NCBI GenBank assembly: GCA_030704615.1
Contig: CM060731.1
Span: 54,622,001 to 54,686,000, forward strand
DNA from: Takakia lepidozioides
Lineage: Eukaryota; Plantae; Bryophyta
Length of the DNA: 64,000 nucleotides
Direction: 5' to 3'
Part shown: positions 12,019-24,904 of the stretch, in pieces
Numbering within the stretch: the stretch's first letter is position 1
How the letters are laid out: each line of letters starts with the position of its first letter
Program-made: the position numbers and the translations under genes
The notes under the pieces: model-generated
What the model was told of the DNA's origin: nothing
Seen by the model: only the letters and a program-made list of their open reading frames with translations
Databases searched by the model: none

Positions 12019-14260
12019 TCCCCTCTGGAATCGGCAAGGGTTGTAACAGCCCCGCTTGCTTTTTGTACTCGCTCCGGTTTTGTTGGCATGTGGTGTATGT
12101 CTTGACATACTCCTCTACCTCCTCCCTCAGTTTGGGCCAGAAATACTCTTTCTTCAAGAGTGCCGCAGTGCGCTTGGCTCCGCCGTGGCCCGCAAGCGGG
12201 CTATCATGGCATTATCTCAAGAGGCTATCTCTAATCCCTCCCTTCGGCACGTAGAGACGTTTTTGCTTATACCGGAGCAGTCCATTTTGCAAGTGGAACT
12301 GCGATTTAACCCCCATCCTCAAGTCCTGCATCACGGACTTCGCCAGCTCATCCTTCCGGCAAGCCTTCCGGATCTTCCTTTGGAGCGCCGTCTCGCCCTT
12401 GTACACCAACAAGAGCTGCTGCTTTCTACTTAAAGCATCGGCCACCACGTTGTCTCGTCCCGGTTTGTACTGGATATCCACGTCGAACACCGCCAAAGTA
12501 TCTTGCCACCTAAGTTGTTTTGGGGACAACTTGGGCTGCGTGGCAAAATACTTCACCGTGACATTGTCCGTGAACACCTTCCCTGGGTTGGAACCAACAT
12601 AGTGGCGCCAAAGCTCAAGACAGTGCACCACCGCCTTCATCTCTTTTTCGTGCGTCGGCCACCGTCGCTCCACTTCATTCAGTTTCTTACTTTCGTAAGC
12701 CATTGGACGTCCATCTTGCATCAGTACACCCCCAATCGCGAAGTCCGACGCATCTGTATGTATCTCGAACGGACGATCGAACTCCGGGATTTTCAAGACT
12801 GGAGCTTCCGCCATCCGCTGCTTCAATTCAGCAAAGGCTTGGCCACAAAAGGTGTTCCATGCCCAGACTTTAGATTTACACAGAAGGTCTGACAGCGACC
12901 CCGCAATCTTGGCGAAATTTCTCACTTACTTCCGGTAATAGGAGGCGAGTCCTAGGAAGGATCGCACTCCCGGGACCGAAGTCGGAGGCTCCCAGTCCAA
13001 GATCGCCCTCACCTTTCTGTCATCCATTTTGATCCCATCCTGTGTAATCACATGCCCCAAGAACTCCACTTTCGTGACCCCGAATTCGCACTTTGAAGCT
13101 TTGGCGTACAGCTTCCTTTCCCGCAACTTTTGGAACACCCTTTTGAGGTGCTCCAGGTGCTCCTCCTTTGTTTTCGAGTACACCAAGATGTCGTCGATGT
13201 ACACGATCACAAAGTCATCCAACCACTCCTAGAAAAGGCTGTTCATCAGTGTGCTAAAGGTCGCAGGTGCATTGGTGCGCCCAAAAGGCATCACCAAGAA
13301 CTCATATGAACCATACCTTGTCCTGCACGCGGTTTTCTCCTCATCTCCTTCCGCCACCCGAATTTGGTGATAGCCGGAGCGCAAGTCGATCCGGCTGACA
13401 TACTTCACTCCTGCCAACCGATCGAAGAGGTCGTCAATCCTTGGCAAAGGGTACCGGTTTTTGATAGTCACCTTATTCAAAGCCATGTAGTCGACACACA
13501 TCCGCAGCGTCCCATCCTTTTTATCTGCAAATAGCACCGGGGCTCCGTAAGGTGATTTACTCGGCCGGATGTACCCCTTTGACATTAGATCTTTGAGCTG
13601 AGTCTTCAGCTCGACCAACTCTCTGTGGCTCAACCGGTAGGGCGCCTTGGCAGTCGGTTCCGATCCCGGTATCACCTCAATCTTGTGGTCAACTCCTCTT
13701 CGCGGTGGCAAGCCGCTTGGTAAATCCTCCGGCATCACATCCTGGTATTTCTCCAAGATCCCCTTGATCCAATCTAGGCTCGGCTCCCCATCGCCTTCTC
13801 CCTTCACTTCTCTAACGTAAAGCAAAAACTGGGGCTCGTGTGCCTCCTCCACGGCCCACTCCTTTGCTGACAGAAGGTTTATTCGGCCTCCCACGGATTT
13901 GGGCGTTTCCGACACTCGTAAAACCTTGCCACCATTTCCACATGGCAGCGTGACCACTCTCTTGCGGCCATCTATGACCGCTCCAGATTTGCTCAAAAAG
14001 GTCATCCCCAAAATGAGATCCACTCCATCGATCTCGCAGATGGTGAAGTTCTCACGTCCCTCCCAACTTCCCAGTTGAAGATGAACATCAAACGCCAACC
14101 TTGTCGCCAAGTGTGGTTCTCCTTTGGCAGAACGCACCTCAATAGAGGCCCCCACGTCACTTGTCGGGAATCCCAGCTTTTGTGCCGTTGCCGGTGTAAT
14201 GAAGGAGTGCGACGCTCATGTGTCCACCAACAACGACACATTAGTTCCGGATATTATCCC
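12019..14260 (-). pseudogene. Element 0 pol: protease-RT-RNaseH-integrase N-terminus, with stops
   Basis: VDT*ASHSF (protease, stop replaces G), [57 protein letters not shown]. Confidence 0.93.
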
Positions 14261-14414
14261 ATCCACGACAATAACTGACTCCCTTTTCGTAAGGCGTCAG
14301 TTTCCTGATACAACTCACAAGAAAATTTGCCTACCTTGCAAGTCCTGGCGACCACCGCTTCCACCAAGCGATTGATGGTATCTTCCGACAGCTCCGTGGT
14401 CGCCCGAGTCATGT

Positions 14415-15545
14415 TCAATTGCCGGGCTCGTGCACTTCTTGGCCATGTGCCCGGGCTCCCCGCAATTGAACACACTCCATCAAAGGTCGCATTCTGTCCG
14501 CCATAAGCCGCTCCACCCCTTTTCCTTTCGAAGCACCGGGTGCCGCCTTGACGTGTGAAGGCCCTCCCTTCGATTTCCACGTGCCATTGTTGCCGCGTGG
14601 CCTATCCCACTTCTTTTCCGGTCGGAAGGAGTCACCTTCCCGCCGGGTCTTCTTGTGGTTCAGCTCTGTACGGCCTTGTCTCTCACCCCTAGGGACATTC
14701 GAGAAACATTCAGCCCTCTCAATTGCCTCGTTCAAAGTCTTGGGTGGCTTCTCCTCCAACTTCCGCCTGGCCCATGGGGCCAGTCCCGCCACAAAGTTGA
14801 AGACCATTTCTGGTTCTGCCATGTCCGCGACTTCGAGCAACAACACATTGAAAGCCTGGACATACCCCCGAATGTCATCTGTTTGCTTCAAAATCCTCAT
14901 CTTGTCCCGGGCAAGCCAGGACGCGTTGAGGGGCACAAACTGTCTCTTCATCAATTCCTTGAACCCACTCCAGTTCAAGGTTTCCGGGCTTGGGCCTCGG
15001 TCGTGAAGGCGATTCTGCCACCATTGTTGAGCATAGCCCCTCAAATAGGTGGGAGCCACTTCCACGCGATCCTCGTCACTCAACTTGGCCGCCCGGAAGT
15101 ACTGCTCGAGCTCCAAGAGCCAGGTGTTGAGTGCTTTCCAATTTCGGACGCCCTCGAAGGTGCCGGGTTCCTTAGGCTTCACCTTAAACTTTGCCTTAGT
15201 GGAAGTGGCATTAGCCGCCTTCAACACGTCTTTCAACGTCCCGCCAAACTGCGCCAACAACCCTTCCCAAAATGCTGCCGGCATGGGAGGCGTCTCTTGG
15301 TTTGTCGGAGCTCTCAAGGATTCCTCGATCTCCGACTCCTCGGATTCCTCCCGCTCTTGGGCGGCCTCGTTTTTGGAAACATGCATCGCTTCCTCAAACG
15401 GCCGCCTCGGTGACACGCCGCCCCCATCGGGCTCACCGGGATCATCATCTTTTGGGCCGTTCCGCTTTCGCTTCGGCTTGCCCGACCCCATGATGAGGCC
15501 AATCCCAAGGACGATCGCGTATTGAACTCTAAGCTCTGATACCAA
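14415..15545 (-). CDS. Element 0 gag (retrotransposon gag domain; frameshifted before the zinc knuckle)
   Basis: PGTFEG...WLLELEQYF...YLRGYAQQWW...LKQTDDIRGYVQAF...FVAGL; begins at the PBS. Confidence 0.85.
   Translation of the reverse strand: MVSELRVQYAIVLGIGLIMGSGKPKRKRNGPKDDDPGEPDGGGVSPRRPFEEAMHVSKNEAAQEREESEESEIEESLRAPTNQETPPMPAAFWEGLLAQFGGTLKDVLKAANATSTKAKFKVKPKEPGTFEGVRNWKALNTWLLELEQYFRAAKLSDEDRVEVAPTYLRGYAQQWWQNRLHDRGPSPETLNWSGFKELMKRQFVPLNASWLARDKMRILKQTDDIRGYVQAFNVLLLEVADMAEPEMVFNFVAGLAPWARRKLEEKPPKTLNEAIERAECFSNVPRGERQGRTELNHKKTRREGDSFRPEKKWDRPRGNNGTWKSKGGPSHVKAAPGASKGKGVERLMADRMRPLMECVQLRGARAHGQEVHEPGN
15533..15544 (-). promoter_or_regulatory. Primer binding site complementary to tRNA-iMet
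   Basis: TGGTATCAGAGC, 2 nt downstream of the LTR-like end ...GCGCGACA. Confidence 0.92.
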
Positions 15546-17044
15546 GTGTCGCGCACCTCACTTCGGTAAGCTCCCCTTCAAGTCATAGTTACTCTGCTTT
15601 GATGCGCGCGCCTGACTCCCAACCTGGCCGCCGGGCCAACTCGGAGCTTCGGCTGCTCACTGGGACATAATGGTCCCCCCTTCGCTCTCCGAAGGACCCT
15701 CCACCTATTTGGGCCTAGTGGCCCTTTGGTAGATGGCAGTCCGGAACAGCTCCCTACTCTTTGGTCGCTTTCCGGCTCGCACGCTTACTCACTAGTTTTT
15801 GGTCACCAATGGGCTTGCACCGTTCTCGGGGTTACTACTCCCTATATATACTTCTGTAGCTGTCCGCGGGGGTTTCACAACCAGCCATGCCATTTTATGG
15901 CGAACCACCACGAAGACCCTCGATTCCCGGTGGTGAGTCGCGGTGAGTCTTGGCCCACTCACCGCGGCCCCAATGGACCGTGATGAGTCCCAAGACTCCC
16001 CACGACTCCCACCTCGAGGTCTCCACCCCATGGTGAGTCCTATGCCACCCCCACTAAGTCCCGCTAAGCTACCACCACCCCTTGTGGAGCCACCCCCACC
16101 GCAACCCGGTGTGCGGGGTTCCACCTAGTGAGCGCCTCCGCCTCCTTGAGTGCCTTGGGCACTTAAGGGTGCTTCAGCCCCCGTACCTATCGCTGTTACT
16201 GCCCCCACCACAGGGGCAGCCCCTCTTGTGTCCCGACCCACTGCCCTCAAGGCAAAGGGCCGCGACATGCAGAGCGTGTCCGGCTGCAACGCTGTCTGAT
16301 TGCACAAACTTGTGTAGCTCCTGCTCCTCTGCTCCAGTACACCACAGCCTTGTGGCTAAACACCTTGGTCCCCGGGGCTGTCTTTGGCTGTGTTCCAAGC
16401 CTAGCTTTCACCCACTTTGGTATTTCACTTACAGCTGCAGAACTGCTGGCTCCAACAGAGTTCTGACTGTCCAAAGCGATATTGAGGCCCTCAACGCCAA
16501 CTACAGCAGTCTGTTGTCTACTGCTAATGCCTGACTCCCAGTATGCAATCAACTCGTCCAATTGTTCTCCACTTAAATCAGTCTGAGTTCCTTGGGAAAC
16601 ATAAATCATGTCCCCTTGTGTGCACGGGCTAAGAGAAGAGACCTGCCCTTCAATTACGTCCTCATTTCCCCCAGCCATACAAGGAGGACATCCACAGATT
16701 TGTCTCTCAAATAGACCAGAACAGGTTCTAGAAACAGAATTGTGGATCTTTCACGACACACTCACACTCTAAAAATTCCATAGATTTTTAGCAGAGTCCC
16801 AAAAACAAAAACCACGTCTAGCTAAGTAGATATCCCCTTTCTGCAACTATCCCCCCAAAAACTGAGTCAAACGGAGCTCATTTGACAAAGATATGACCAA
16901 CCAGGCTCTTTAAACCTAACACATTTTTCTTTTCTTTCCCCCCTTTTTAAAAATAAAATAAAATAAGACAACAAATACAAAGAAAACTCTTTTAAAATTA
17001 AAATTAAAATACTTGTCTTGGTTCCTGTTCCCTGGTTATCTACA

Positions 17045-17140
17045 GGTTCCCGAGGCCGTTTCCCTCACACTGTGAGCACACTACTGCCCCATTTCCGGTG
17101 CAGTTCGAGCATAGAATGCTGTCGACTTTGCTGGACTGTG
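17045..17140 (-). pseudogene. Fragment of a DnaJ-type zinc-finger gene resembling BSD2
   Basis: SKVDSILCSNCTGNGAVVCSQCEGNG: two CxxCxGxG repeats, truncated after the second. Confidence 0.6.
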
Positions 17141-18164
17141 GTGTCTGGACGCACACACGCCCCCGACCTGTTCTACACTGCGGAGGACCACCATCACCGC
17201 ATTTCCGAGCGCACTCCACAGCAGCAATCTTCCGTGAGAGAGAGAGAGCTATGGCGGGACTTACAACAACAGCACAGGGCATCACAGCGTCCTTGGCATC
17301 AGCGGCATGGTGTGGGTGTCCTCAGGTGCAGCTCACAGTAAGGGCGATCTCGCATGGAGCAACCTCCTCTGCGAATGCTGCTCGGCTGCCCTAATGGATC
17401 ATGCATCAATCCTCTCAGTCCTCATCAATCCTCTAGTTTGTGCAGGTTTTGATACGGTTTGCTTCAATAATGGCTGCCTGTGCTGCATCTTCCTGGGTGG
17501 CCACTGGCATTCCCACTCTGTCCGGAAGCAAGAAGGTTGCAAGAGTGGCCTCCGTCTAGGCTTGCTTCTCCGGCCTGCGATCTGGCAACCGACTGGATTC
17601 CCTGGCAGTGCCTTCAGTGTTGGTGATGGGTCTCGTGCACCGGTCAAGCATGTCCCTCCCTATGCTTCATTCTTTCTCTTTTCGCAGGTTACAACTATAT
17701 CTCCCTTTAATCCTCTCGCACGGTTGGGCAAAGAGCTGAGGCAGCTTCTTCTTCAAGAAATGTTATCTCAATCACAATTGGGTCGTTCGACAGAGTATCC
17801 GAGTTGGCTTGTACATCTTTGAAGCCTTCCTCCTCTTTCACAGGCCGCTTCGAGTGCTCTCGGTTTGCAGCACCTTCTTCCTATCTCTTCTTCCTATCAG
17901 CCAGCCCAAACTGCACTTTACACCGTCAGCTCCCGTAGTTCAACTCCAGCATATATTTCCTCCAAAATTCAACATTGCTGATTCACCTCTGGCCCAGGCA
18001 GTAACAGGCCCAGCCCATACGTTGCTCGCCAGGCCAGGCCACCACCTGCGCATCACCAACGCCCCCACACAGGGCCCTACTGCAGCAGCAAACAACGTCG
18101 CCAATGAGTAATCACACAGTGCAATTGTCGACACCACACCAGGGACAACACCAACCTTGCTCAC

Positions 18165-18350
18165 TCCTCGAACACCAGCTCGCCCAAACGTCTATCAGGC
18201 ACATCGTGTGTGCAAAGCATGGCCACATCCATCAGCTGCAGCAGCAGCTTGTCAATACATGTGGTCTTCAGCAGGTTCACATCAAGAACTTGTCTGGCCA
18301 GCTCTGGCTTCGCCAATGCTTGCCGCACCCACTGTGAGCTGTTCACGCCC
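18165..18350 (-). pseudogene. Fragment of a receptor-like kinase C-terminal kinase subdomain
   Basis: QWVR...QVLDVNL...LLQLMDVAMLCTHDVPDRR resembles RLK subdomains X-XI (WV...LD...VA.LCT...P..RP). Confidence 0.55.
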
Positions 18351-21300
18351 TCACTGACCAGAACTGCTTCCTCGCAGTATAGCTCCGTCCTGCCCCTGCG
18401 GCCTCATGCCAGAACCAACGTTATCCTTACCAGTGGAAAGACACCAGTTCTTTGCCCCTGCTTGACATGCAGCCTGCCTCCATGGACCATCTATATACCT
18501 AGAAACCAGAGATGATCAAAACGTGCATGTTTTTTTTTTATTTTTTTTTATTTTTTTTAAGCTTCTCAAACCAAGCATTACTTCACAGAGGTAATCATAC
18601 AAGTGCTAACCCTCAACTCCTACCTTGCACTCACAGGTAAGAGGTCATCTCTCTCGAATGATAAGAAAACCCAAGAACACATTGTTGACACAAAACATGA
18701 AAACCAAACCATCACTCTTAGAAATAGTAGTCAAGCCAGGGGCACCCCAAGCTATGGGGACTCCACCCCACAACAACCTACACTCCCATCATGAGTACAC
18801 TCAGATCTAAACGCATGCAGGAGCTCGGTCGCGCAGACTCAACTCGAGAGAGATGAGCTGCGCGACTGCCGCTCTCGTGAAGATAAGACGGACCAGGTGT
18901 CAAACTAAACTTGACACCTGATTTAACACTTGACCTAAATCCAAGTGTTAAATACAAATAACTAGTTTTATTCTAGCTGTTTTCACACTGTGCTTATTTA
19001 ACTTGACAAGGCACATGAGAAGAGACAACATTTATTTTCTTAAGAATAAAATTACAAAATAGACACCCAATGGCCATGGGCCCTTCCAGGCTCCAGCTAC
19101 CTTTCATTTCCTTTGAAACCCTAAAAATGCCCTCTTTGTTGTACGCGGTGCTCCAAGGCTCAAGCTGGTACATGCAAGCTCCTCTCACACTTTAGGTGAG
19201 TTCAATATTGATAGTCCACACTACTATAGGCACGTTGGTACATGGCTTTGGTACATTGATCATTGGGTAGGCACGCTGGTTCAGGGCTTTGATACATTGG
19301 TCATTGGGTACACTGGTTTTGGTATGCTGGTACATGGTGAAACCTCTTACATAATGGTACTCTTGATGTGGTAGGCTGGTAGGCTAGTTATTTCCGCACA
19401 CATATATTTGTATTGATTTTTGTTCAAAGAAATTTTGATCTTATTAGCTTGCAAGTTTTTTGGTGTGGGCATTAGGCACTTTCATTTTGAATTAATTATC
19501 GCCCAAACGGTTGTCCAGGGGCGGTATTTACCGAGGTTTCTTTGTGTTGAAAAAATGGAAAGAGAGGACAGAGGGAAGACTTTATTGGAATGAGTGTGAC
19601 CCCAATTTTGCTTCTAGTTATCTGCTCGGGAGCAGTGAAATGATTGTACATCTACCCCCTGCTGCTGCCCATGCAGTACGGGAATGGGCCCCCCACTGGC
19701 CGTTCCGGGGGGTAAGAGGGCTGTGTATCAATTAATGGCCCTCTTAGCCCGCTGTGGGGCCATTCCCTTGCGTTACTTACGGCAGATGTTTATATTCGGC
19801 AGCCCCTTTATGGGATCATAATATGCCTGTAGAAAGTGCAGAGCAATTACTGACCATTCCCAGAATGTAACCAACCTCTCAACACCGAAGGAATGAGCTG
19901 CAACGTGTCCAGGGGTATAGTGCAGACATGGATCTTTGATCGTCACCGCTCTTTACCAAGGGCTCCGATCTAATTGTTGATGGAATCTCATGTGCTAGTA
20001 CGGGACGCTGTAATGCAACGGCCAAGAAAGAGCGAGTAAGTTGAGTGCGAGACGTCTCACGGCCTCCCTTCCGTGTTTGTGCCTCACTATGCGGGTCCCC
20101 TTCCTCTACGGACATGGCTTCGTTCCTGTCAGACCTACTGCACACTAACTTACATACCCCCCTGCAATAACTCACGGTACATAGTCTGTGGAGGAAGGGA
20201 ATTTGTTGAAATGGGAGCCATGAGGGACCCCACAACAATCTTTGTGAATCCTGCTTCAAACATGCCGCCCTCCAGTGTAAGTTAGGGTTGTACATACAAA
20301 GCGCAAACTTTGTTTGGAGCCAAGCATGTGCACCATGACTTCACCATTTCTCGTGACGCCCCTAGGGTTTTGGGCCTTTGTAGTTTGATGGCACCTCCTC
20401 ACCCCGAACGCCATGTGGACGATTGTATCCGCGCACCGAAAGGGTGCACGGACGCGATGAGCCCACCGGCCTGACCTCCGGGGATTGCCCCATGGCATTC
20501 CCGCTCCAAACCAACCTTGCTTTTTAACACCTAATGTCACTTGTACACGTTGCAACGTACTATTTTTCAAAAACAATTAACACGTCGCATCCATTTTTCA
20601 AACTGTCGTAACTTTCTGAATCCGGGTCCGATGGAAGAGCTGCGTGTAGAAAGATTGTAGAGCAGATTGAGAGCTTTCCAACGCCACCTTCCCCAGCTTC
20701 AGTGGCCAAAGGGGAAGAAAGTTATGGCTTCTCAAAGTAAAATTTCATTGAAACATATCGAGATCCTGTGCCCGCTGCCCGAATGTGGCTAGCCGTTGCT
20801 GGCGGGTGCCCCCTACGAAAGGGGGGGTTGAATGTGGGCCTACAGTTCAAACAGCCTGTATGTATGCATGTACCTTGCTGGGGCCACCCTTGGTTCACAG
20901 TGGATGCGCCCCCACAAACGGGGGGCTGCCAATTTGGAAGTTTTTAATATCAACTCCAGGGCCTCATCTATTACTTGGCGTTTTTAATAGTGATCCAGTC
21001 GGTCTCTATCACCACCCAGGTGATTCTGGTTCAAATCCTGCCGCCTTGTCAGGTCTCCAATGACCCTTCCCTTGAGCCTTGTGCACCTCATGGCAAGGTT
21101 ACTATGAAAGAGGTTATTTTCTCCTCTCATATATTTAATAAGGGGCCTGATTTATTTTTATTTTTTTCTTTTACTCAAATTAAATTTAAAAAAAGTCACA
21201 AAAGGTGGAAAAAATAACCGTGAGGCTGACCCAGGGGAAACGTCCCCCAAACCTGAGCATACTAGCTACGTAGCGAGCAGAACCAAAGGAGGAGCATAGG

Positions 21301-22418
21301 GAGGAAACAGAGCAGGGAAGGTAGTGACGGGAAGGGGCCTGATTGTCAACGGTCACTTCCAGGTGTTTCTCTATATATCTATAAAAATCTGAAGACCCCC
21401 AAGGAAGCACCTCAAGAAGTTTCCCAAAAAAGTTGAAACAATTTAGGGATAGGCTACATGATGAGGCAGGTTCTGTGTGAGTTTCATGTTTTTCTGTAAA
21501 AAATCACGCATAGCCATATGCTGTCAAAATGAATAGCAGAACCTGCATCGTAGATAATTTCGAGCAGAAAAATCAGCGTCACATACATAGTAAACAGCTC
21601 GTTGTAAAACATGTGACACATAGGATCCCTGTATAAAGACATATACAGTTGCCCTCATCCCTTCCCACCATTCTCTTGCTCTCCACGGCACCTACACCAC
21701 CTATGAGGCTCTATCTCTCATGGCGGTCTGTCTGGGCGTTGTTGGTCCTGTAGGTCTCATGGCCCATAAATGAAAGGGGGTTAATTTTTCCCCCTCCTCA
21801 AGGGCCTGATTTGAGGGCTGTCTGCTCCCAGGTTTCCTTTTCATAAAAATTAAAGTATAATAATAATAATATGCATATTAGCATGTTCTAAATTACCGCT
21901 CAACCTTCTTACTGCAACTCAGGCTGTAATAAATTCTTAGGCTTCGAATTTGTTGTTACTCAGAGCTTCCTCTTGCCCAATTCACATTTGGTGGAGAAGA
22001 GGAGAGACCCACAAGCAGAGCAGAACATGAACAGTGCGGGCTGCCGTGTCATGTACCCACCCACCACGCTTGACTCCATGTGCTGCAGAACATGGACTGC
22101 ACTGCTGCCACTTAAGAGGTCTGCCTCCCTCCACCAGACAGGGCCACGCATCACCCTCACCCCGTGCTCCGCAGACACAACATTGCCTGATCGTTAACCG
22201 CCACCTGTTGAGCCACCAGACCACCTTTATCTGCCACCTCACACCATGCCTCTTGGCGGTTGCAGCACCCAGGTTGCGACAAAATATTTCATAAAATATG
22301 AGCCGCAAAGGGAAGTGGCTCTTACTTATGCCAGCCTCGGCCGGAGTCTTCTCTCTTGTATAAAATATAGAATTTGTTTACTTCCCAATTCCCCTTTATT
22401 AAATATTATTAAACTCTA

Positions 22419-22419
<1 letters not shown>

Positions 22420-22452
<33 letters not shown>
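22420..22452. repeat. (ATT)n microsatellite
   Basis: About 11 ATT units; a short (TA)n follows at ~22540-22555. Confidence 0.9.
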
Positions 22453-24904
22453 TTCAATTTAATAAAAGGGGACAGAGGTCCTAGAAAAAAAAATTAATTG
22501 AAATTATTTGAGGAAAAAACATATTTTTATTATTACAACATATATATATATATATACACACGACACCAACTGAACATAGCAATAATAAGGGGGTAGCGCG
22601 ATGGGGGCTCCGCGTTTCGCGGTGAGAGTGCGGCCCAACGGTCGCTTCGTCTCTCTCGTATGGACTCTCTCAACTGATCGACAGCTGGAGAAGGGCCTCC
22701 TTGGGAGTGAATGGAGTCCAAGCTTTAAACACATGGTTTGTATGATTTTCTAGGATTTGGGTAAATCCATTTAAGCCTTTTTCACTGATCTTTTGTGACA
22801 ACCTCGACATCCCATCGGTTCATCCTATACTTGCCCTGTCTCATTCATCATTTCGTGTGTGTTATCGCTGCCTCAACCCCTTAACTTCGCTTCCCCCTTC
22901 TCAGCTGCCGGCTGATATTAATGACGTTTTGAGCTGTCTCTTTCACTACACTTGGAGCTAACTCTGAGCGCTACATTCCCCCAGACCCTTAATTTTTACA
23001 CAGACTGAGACCAACAGGAGCTCTCGCGACGAGGTAGTTATTGGCCTTGTGTTTATCCTAGCTCCAGCTCCACTCGACTTCCCTGTCAAGTTATTTTACC
23101 ACTAGTGTGAAACTAGCTAGGAAATAGCTAGCTTTTACATATTGACATTTGGGATTGGCCCAAGTGTCAATCCACGGATCAAGGCAGATTTAGGCCTTGG
23201 AGTGGTTATCTTCACGGCAAGCGCGGGAGGCTCATCTTTCTCGAGTTGAGCCTCACCGCGCCTAGCTATGGCGCCGTAGTGTGGATTCCCCATGGCGTGG
23301 GTGCACTTGGCTTGACTTGTATTTGAGTGATGAGGTTATATATGCATGAGTTTATGCTTCAGATTTGTGAGCTCGTGCTTGTATTCTTCTTCTTTATCAC
23401 TCGAGAAAGATGAGCTCGTATCTGTGAGTGCCAGATACGAGTTAGTTGTAGCACTTGTAGTTTTTGCTTGAGAATGAGAGAAACCAGGTTGTTATGCAAG
23501 GAGCACCGTGGAGCTCTTGGTTGTTAGAAGCGGAGGCGATGTGGGTTACGAGGTGGTAGACCTTGGCATTCGATCTTCAGCTTCAGAGATGAAAGCACCA
23601 TACTGCAGGTAATTCCAGAGCACCTTGATGGTTTTAGATTGTGTACATGCATGAACAAGCACGATTGGGAAGAGGACCAGTCAAGAGCAGGTTATAGTGG
23701 CTTTGGTGGCAAAGCTGAGAACTGGACTTGGGAATGCGAGCTTTCATTGTGTGAAGGATTGCAAGACCAAGCGAAAGGGCTGATTGGCTTGGGGCAAATC
23801 AGTGCACTTTGTGGAGTATGTTGAGAGTGGGTTTCAATCTCGAGCTTTAGCATTGAGAGGGCTCTTGTCATGGCAAGAGCAGGGCTGGAACAGGAGCTAA
23901 GAGGTGCGGCAAGGCCATGGAATGTGCACCTAGGGTTTCAGAGCTTGGAAGAAGAGCTCTTGCACCACAAGAGGAGTGTCTAGTGGCTGGAAATGTAAGC
24001 CTTAGGGTTTCAGGAGCTTGGCAAAGGCTGTGGAGTGCTTAGTCTTGTCTTAGAGCATCAAGGAGTCAAGGAGCCAAGATAGGGGGCTGATATCTCTTGT
24101 GTGAAGAGGTTGCATGTGTGGAGCATGTATTCAGCTCATTGAAGCTTCCATCTTCAAGCTTGGAGGGCAAGCAAGGAAGAGGGAAGGGCTGACTTCCCTT
24201 ATGTGAGGGCAATGCATGTGTGGAGCATGCTATCAGCCTGGTGAAGGCTTGCACTTTCAGGTGTGGGAGTGCAAGAAAGGAAAGAAGGGGCTGGTTTCCC
24301 TGTAGGGCATGTGGAGCATGCTTTCAGCCTGCTGAAGCTTGTATTTTCAGGTTTGTGGGTGCAAGAAATGAAGCAAAGGAGCTGATTCTCTTATGGTGAG
24401 AGTGGGGCATGTGTGGAGCATGCCTTCAGCCCATTGAGGCTCTTGTTTTCAAGCTTTAGAGAGCTAGAACGGAAGGTCTAGGGCTGGTTTCCACTTGGAG
24501 TGAAAGAAAAGCACTTGTAGGGCCTATGTGAGTTGGGGTTTCAACTTCAAGCTTGAAGGGAGCGCAACTCTTGAAGCAGCAGGTGTAGGGGGCTGGAATA
24601 GGCTCTAAGATAGATGTTATGGCCAAGGAGAGTGCTTGAATGAGTGCTCACAAGGGCTGGGAACCAGCAGGGCTTGGTTGTTTGTCATTGAGTTTAGTGG
24701 CGTGTTTGGGGAGGCTAAGTGAGAAAGAAGGCTTGGTTTGTGGCAACCACCTCATGGCTTAGGGCTACTATGGTGGTGTGTGGGAGCCGATTTCCTCATA
24801 GCCGCCATAGCTCGGTGGAAAGAAGCCTAGAGTCCAAGAGACACAAACCCTAGCTTGGCGTGGCTAAACCCCTTGGAGAAATGGCTAAACTGCCAGAGCG
24901 GCCA

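Larger units (their letters stand above)
1..19008 (-). mobile_element. Ty3/Gypsy LTR retrotransposon (element 0), decayed, interrupted by element 1; 3' part runs off the window
   Basis: Minus-strand order: putative LTR (19008-15547), PBS TGGTATCAGAGC, gag, protease, RT, RNaseH, integrase. The integrase reading LLQPLPIPEG|TWESVSMDF is split by the 437-12018 insertion. Confidence 0.9.
15547..19008 (-). repeat. Putative ~3.46-kb 5' LTR of element 0
   Basis: Starts TGTCAAGTTA (19008, diverged homologue of the element 1/2 start over ~400 bp) and ends GACA just before the PBS. TATATATA at ~15843-15850. The partner LTR is not in the window. Confidence 0.6.

Noticed and set aside
19009-23079. Short ORFs and short GGTACAT-type repeats between element 0 and element 2
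   Set aside because: No recognisable domain, termini or TSD; probably decayed TE or intergenic DNA.
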